DNA of 26,666 bases from Malacoraja senta. Lineage: Eukaryota. The stretch lies in NCBI GenBank assembly GCA_038087875.1, contig JAXLNO010000278.1, positions 62,001-88,666 of the forward strand, in the 5' to 3' direction. Shown piece by piece: positions 23,900-26,666 of this stretch. The notes below the pieces were generated by a model. The model ran no database searches. It was not told the origin of the DNA and saw only the letters and a list, made by a program, of their open reading frames with translations. The stretch's first letter is position 1, and every line of letters starts with the position of its first letter. The translations under genes were made by a program, and so were the position numbers.

Positions 23900-26081
23900 T
23901 CGCCATAAATGCGGCAAGGTCGCCACAAATCCGGCAATGTCGCCATATATCCGGCAAGGACGCCATAATTCCGGCAAGGTCGCCACAAATCCGTCAAGGT
24001 TGCCATATTTCCGGCAAGGTTGCCATAAATCCGGCAAGGTCGCCACAAATCCGGCAAGGTCGCCATATTTCCGGCATGATCGTCATAAGTCCGGCAAGGT
24101 GGCCACAAATCCGACAAGGTAGCCATATTTCCGGCAAGTTCGCCATAAATCCGGAAAGGTCTCCATAAATGCGGCAAGGTCGCCATATTTCCGACATGGT
24201 CGTCATAAATCCGGCAAGGTGGCCACAAATCCGACAAGGTAGCCATATTTCCGGCAAGTTCACCATAAATCCGGCATGGTGGCCACAAATCAGGGAAGGT
24301 CGCCATAAATGCGACAAGGTCACCACATTTCCGGCATGGACGCCATAAATCCGGCAAGGTCGGCACAAATCCGGCAAGGTCGCCACATTCCCGGCAAGGT
24401 CGCCATATTTCCTGCAAGGTCGCCATAAATCCGGCAATGTCGCCACAAATGAGGCAAGGTCGCCACAAATCCGACAAGGTCGCCATAAATCCGGCAAGGT
24501 CGCCATAAATCCGGCAAAGTCGCCATATTTCAGGCAAGGTCGCCATAAATCCGGCAAGGTAGCCACTAATTCGGCAAGTTCTCCATATATCCGGCAAGGA
24601 CTCCATATATCCGGCAAGGTCGCCACATATCCGGCAAGGTTGTCATATTCCGGCAAGGTCGCCATAAATCCGGCAAGGTCTCCACAAATCCGGCAAGGTC
24701 GCCGTATTTCCGACATGGTCGTCATAAATCCGGCAAGGTGGCCACAAATCCGACATGGTAGCCATTTTCCGGCAAGTTCGCCATAAATCCGGCATGTTGG
24801 CCACAAATCAGGGAAGGTCGCCATATTTCCGGCAAAGTCGCCATGAATCCGGCAAGGTCGCCATAAATCCGGCAAGGTCGCCACAAATCCGGCAAGGTCG
24901 CCATAAATCCGGCAAGGTCGCCATAAATCCGGCAAAGTCGCCATATTTCTGGCAAGGTCGCCATAAATCCAGCAAGGTCGCCACAAATTCGGCAAGGTTG
25001 CCATATTTCCGGCAAGGTCGCCATTAAATGCGGCAAGGTCGCCACAAATCCGGCAATGTCGCCATATATCCGGCAAGGACGCCATAATTCCGGCAAGGTC
25101 GCCACAAATCCGTCAAGGTTGCCATATTTCCGGCAAGGTTGCCATAAATCCGGCAAGGTCGCCACAAATCCGGCAAGGTCGCCATATTTCCGGCATGGTC
25201 GTCATAAATCCGGCAAGGTGGCCACAAATCCGACAAGGTAGCCATATTTCCGGCAAGTTCGCCATAAATCCGGAAAGGTCTCCACAAATGCGGCAAGGTC
25301 GCCATATTTCCGACATGGTCGTCATAAATCCGGCAAGGTGGCCACAAATCCGACAAGGTAGCCATATTTCCGGCAAGTTCGCCATAAATCCGGCATGGTG
25401 GCCACAAATCAGGGAAGGTCGCCATAAATCCGGCAAGGTCACCACATTTCCGGCATGGACGCCATAAATCCGGCAAGGTCGGCACAAATCCGGCAAGGTC
25501 GCCACATTCCCGGCAAGGTCGCCATATTTCCTGCAAGGTCGCCATAAATCCGGCAATGTCGCCACAAAATGAGGCAAGGTCGCCACAAATCCGACAAGGT
25601 CGCCATAAATCCGGCAAGGTCGCCATAAATCCGGCAAAGTCGCCATATTTCAGGCAAGGTCGCCATAAATCCGGCAAGGTAGCCACAAATTCGGCAAGTT
25701 CTCCATATATCCGGCAAGGACGCCATATATCCGGCAAGGTCGCCACATATCCGGCAAGGTTGTCATATTTCCGGCAAGGTCGCCATAAATCCGGCAAGGT
25801 GGCCACAATCCGACATGGTAGCCATATTTCCGGCAAGTTCGCCATAAATCCGGCATGTTGGCCACAAATCAGGGAAGGTCGCCATATTTCCGGCAAAGTC
25901 GCCATGAATCCGGCAAGGTCGCCATAAATCCGGCAAGGTCGCCACAAATCCGGCAAGGTCGCCATAAATCCGGCAAGGTCGCCATAAATCCGGCAAAGTC
26001 GCCATATTTCAGGCAAGGTCGCCATAAATCCAGCAAGGTCGCCACAAATTCGGCAAGGTTGCCATATTTCCGGCAAGGTCG
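23900..26081. repeat. Local ~1.1-kb tandem duplication (offset 1119, then 1061 after a 60-bp deletion)
   Basis: Shared rare variants GCCATAATTCC, CCGTCAAGGTTGCC and GTCACCACATTT at offset ~1119 (ORFs 23937/25056, 24320/25439). GGCATGTTGG (24791/25852) and CCATGAATCC (24841/25902) are at offset 1061. Confidence 0.82.
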
Positions 26082-26666
26082 CCATAAATCCGGCAAGGTC
26101 TCCACAAATCCGGCAAGGTCGCCATATTTCCGACATGGTCGTCATAAATCCAGCAGGTGGCCACAAATCCGACATGGTAGCCATATTTCCGGCAAGTTCG
26201 CCATAAATCCGGCATGGTGGCCACAATCAGGGAAGGTCGCCATATTTCCGGCAAAGTCGACATAAATGCGGCAAGGTCGCCATAAATCCGGCAAAATCGC
26301 CATATTTCAGGCAAGGTCGCCATAAATCCGGCAAGGTCGCCACAAATTCCGCAATGTCGCCATATTTCCGGCAAGGTCGCCATAAATCGGGCAAGGTCGC
26401 CATAAATCCGGTAAAGTCGCCATATTTCAGGCAAGGTCGACATAAATCCGGCAAGGTCGCCACAAATTCGGCAAGGTCGCCATATTTCCGGCAAGGACGC
26501 CATATATCCGGCAAGGTCGCCACAAATCCGGCAGGTTGCCATATTTCCGGCAAGGCCGCCATAAATCCGGCAAGGTCTCCATAAATCCGGCACGGTCGCC
26601 ATATTTCCGGCAAAGTCACCATAAATACGGCAAGGTCGCCACAAATGCGGCAAAGGTCGCCATATT

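Larger units (their letters stand above)
1..26666. repeat. Tandem satellite array, 20-bp monomer, consensus CCGGCAAGGTCGCCATAAAT (~1,330 copies, single orientation, runs off both window ends)
   Basis: Every line consists of CCGGCAAGGTCGCCA(T/C)A(A/T)(A/T)T or variants differing at a few bases. The 20-bp phase is visible column-wise and is unbroken from 14821 to ~18768. No non-repeat sequence was found. Confidence 0.99.

Noticed and set aside
1..26666. CRISPR array
   Set aside because: The repeats are contiguous with no unique spacers, the variable positions are inherited in blocks, and there is no cas gene or leader.
1..26666. Telomerase-synthesised long telomeric repeat (as in some yeasts with 20-25 bp units)
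   Set aside because: Variants are propagated as kb-scale higher-order blocks, which points to recombination or slippage rather than templated addition of a uniform unit. No chromosome end is visible. A subtelomeric location cannot be excluded.
1..26666. Embedded transposon, strand switch or unique island within the array
   Set aside because: I read through for non-monomer sequence and for reverse-orientation monomers (ATTTATGGCGACCTTGCCGG) and found none. Only the short inverted variants reported above occur.
1..26666. Variant pattern as an information-storing code or diversity-generating cassette system
   Set aside because: The order of variants is explained by nested duplications and deletions. 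There is no recombinase, reverse transcriptase, expression site or target gene in the window to support a programmed system.

Overview
The whole 26,666-bp window is one uninterrupted, head-to-tail tandem satellite array of about 1,330 copies of a 20-bp monomer (consensus CCGGCAAGGTCGCCATAAAT, 55% GC). All copies are in the same orientation, and I see no unique sequence, gene, RNA gene, transposon or CRISPR spacer. Every ORF in the track is explained by the repeat: the minus strand of the consensus has an ATG and no stop in any frame. The array is hierarchical. The 20-bp monomer forms a 60-bp trimer (tails cycling TAAAT/CAAAT/TATTT), then ~520-bp (26-monomer) modules marked by a conserved variant cassette, then a ~2.9-kb (146-monomer) higher-order repeat present in about 5 copies at 78-15,420. 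After that come a 1,500-bp duplication, a mosaic zone and a more diverged right-hand part with local ~0.8 and ~1.1 kb duplications. The most unusual details are two multi-base variants that look like template-switch products of the quasi-palindromic monomer: a perfected 9-bp hairpin and an in-place micro-inversion. The organism and chromosomal location cannot be determined from the sequence, and I found no evidence of a new coding system. Counts and coordinates were obtained by eye, and block edges are approximate.
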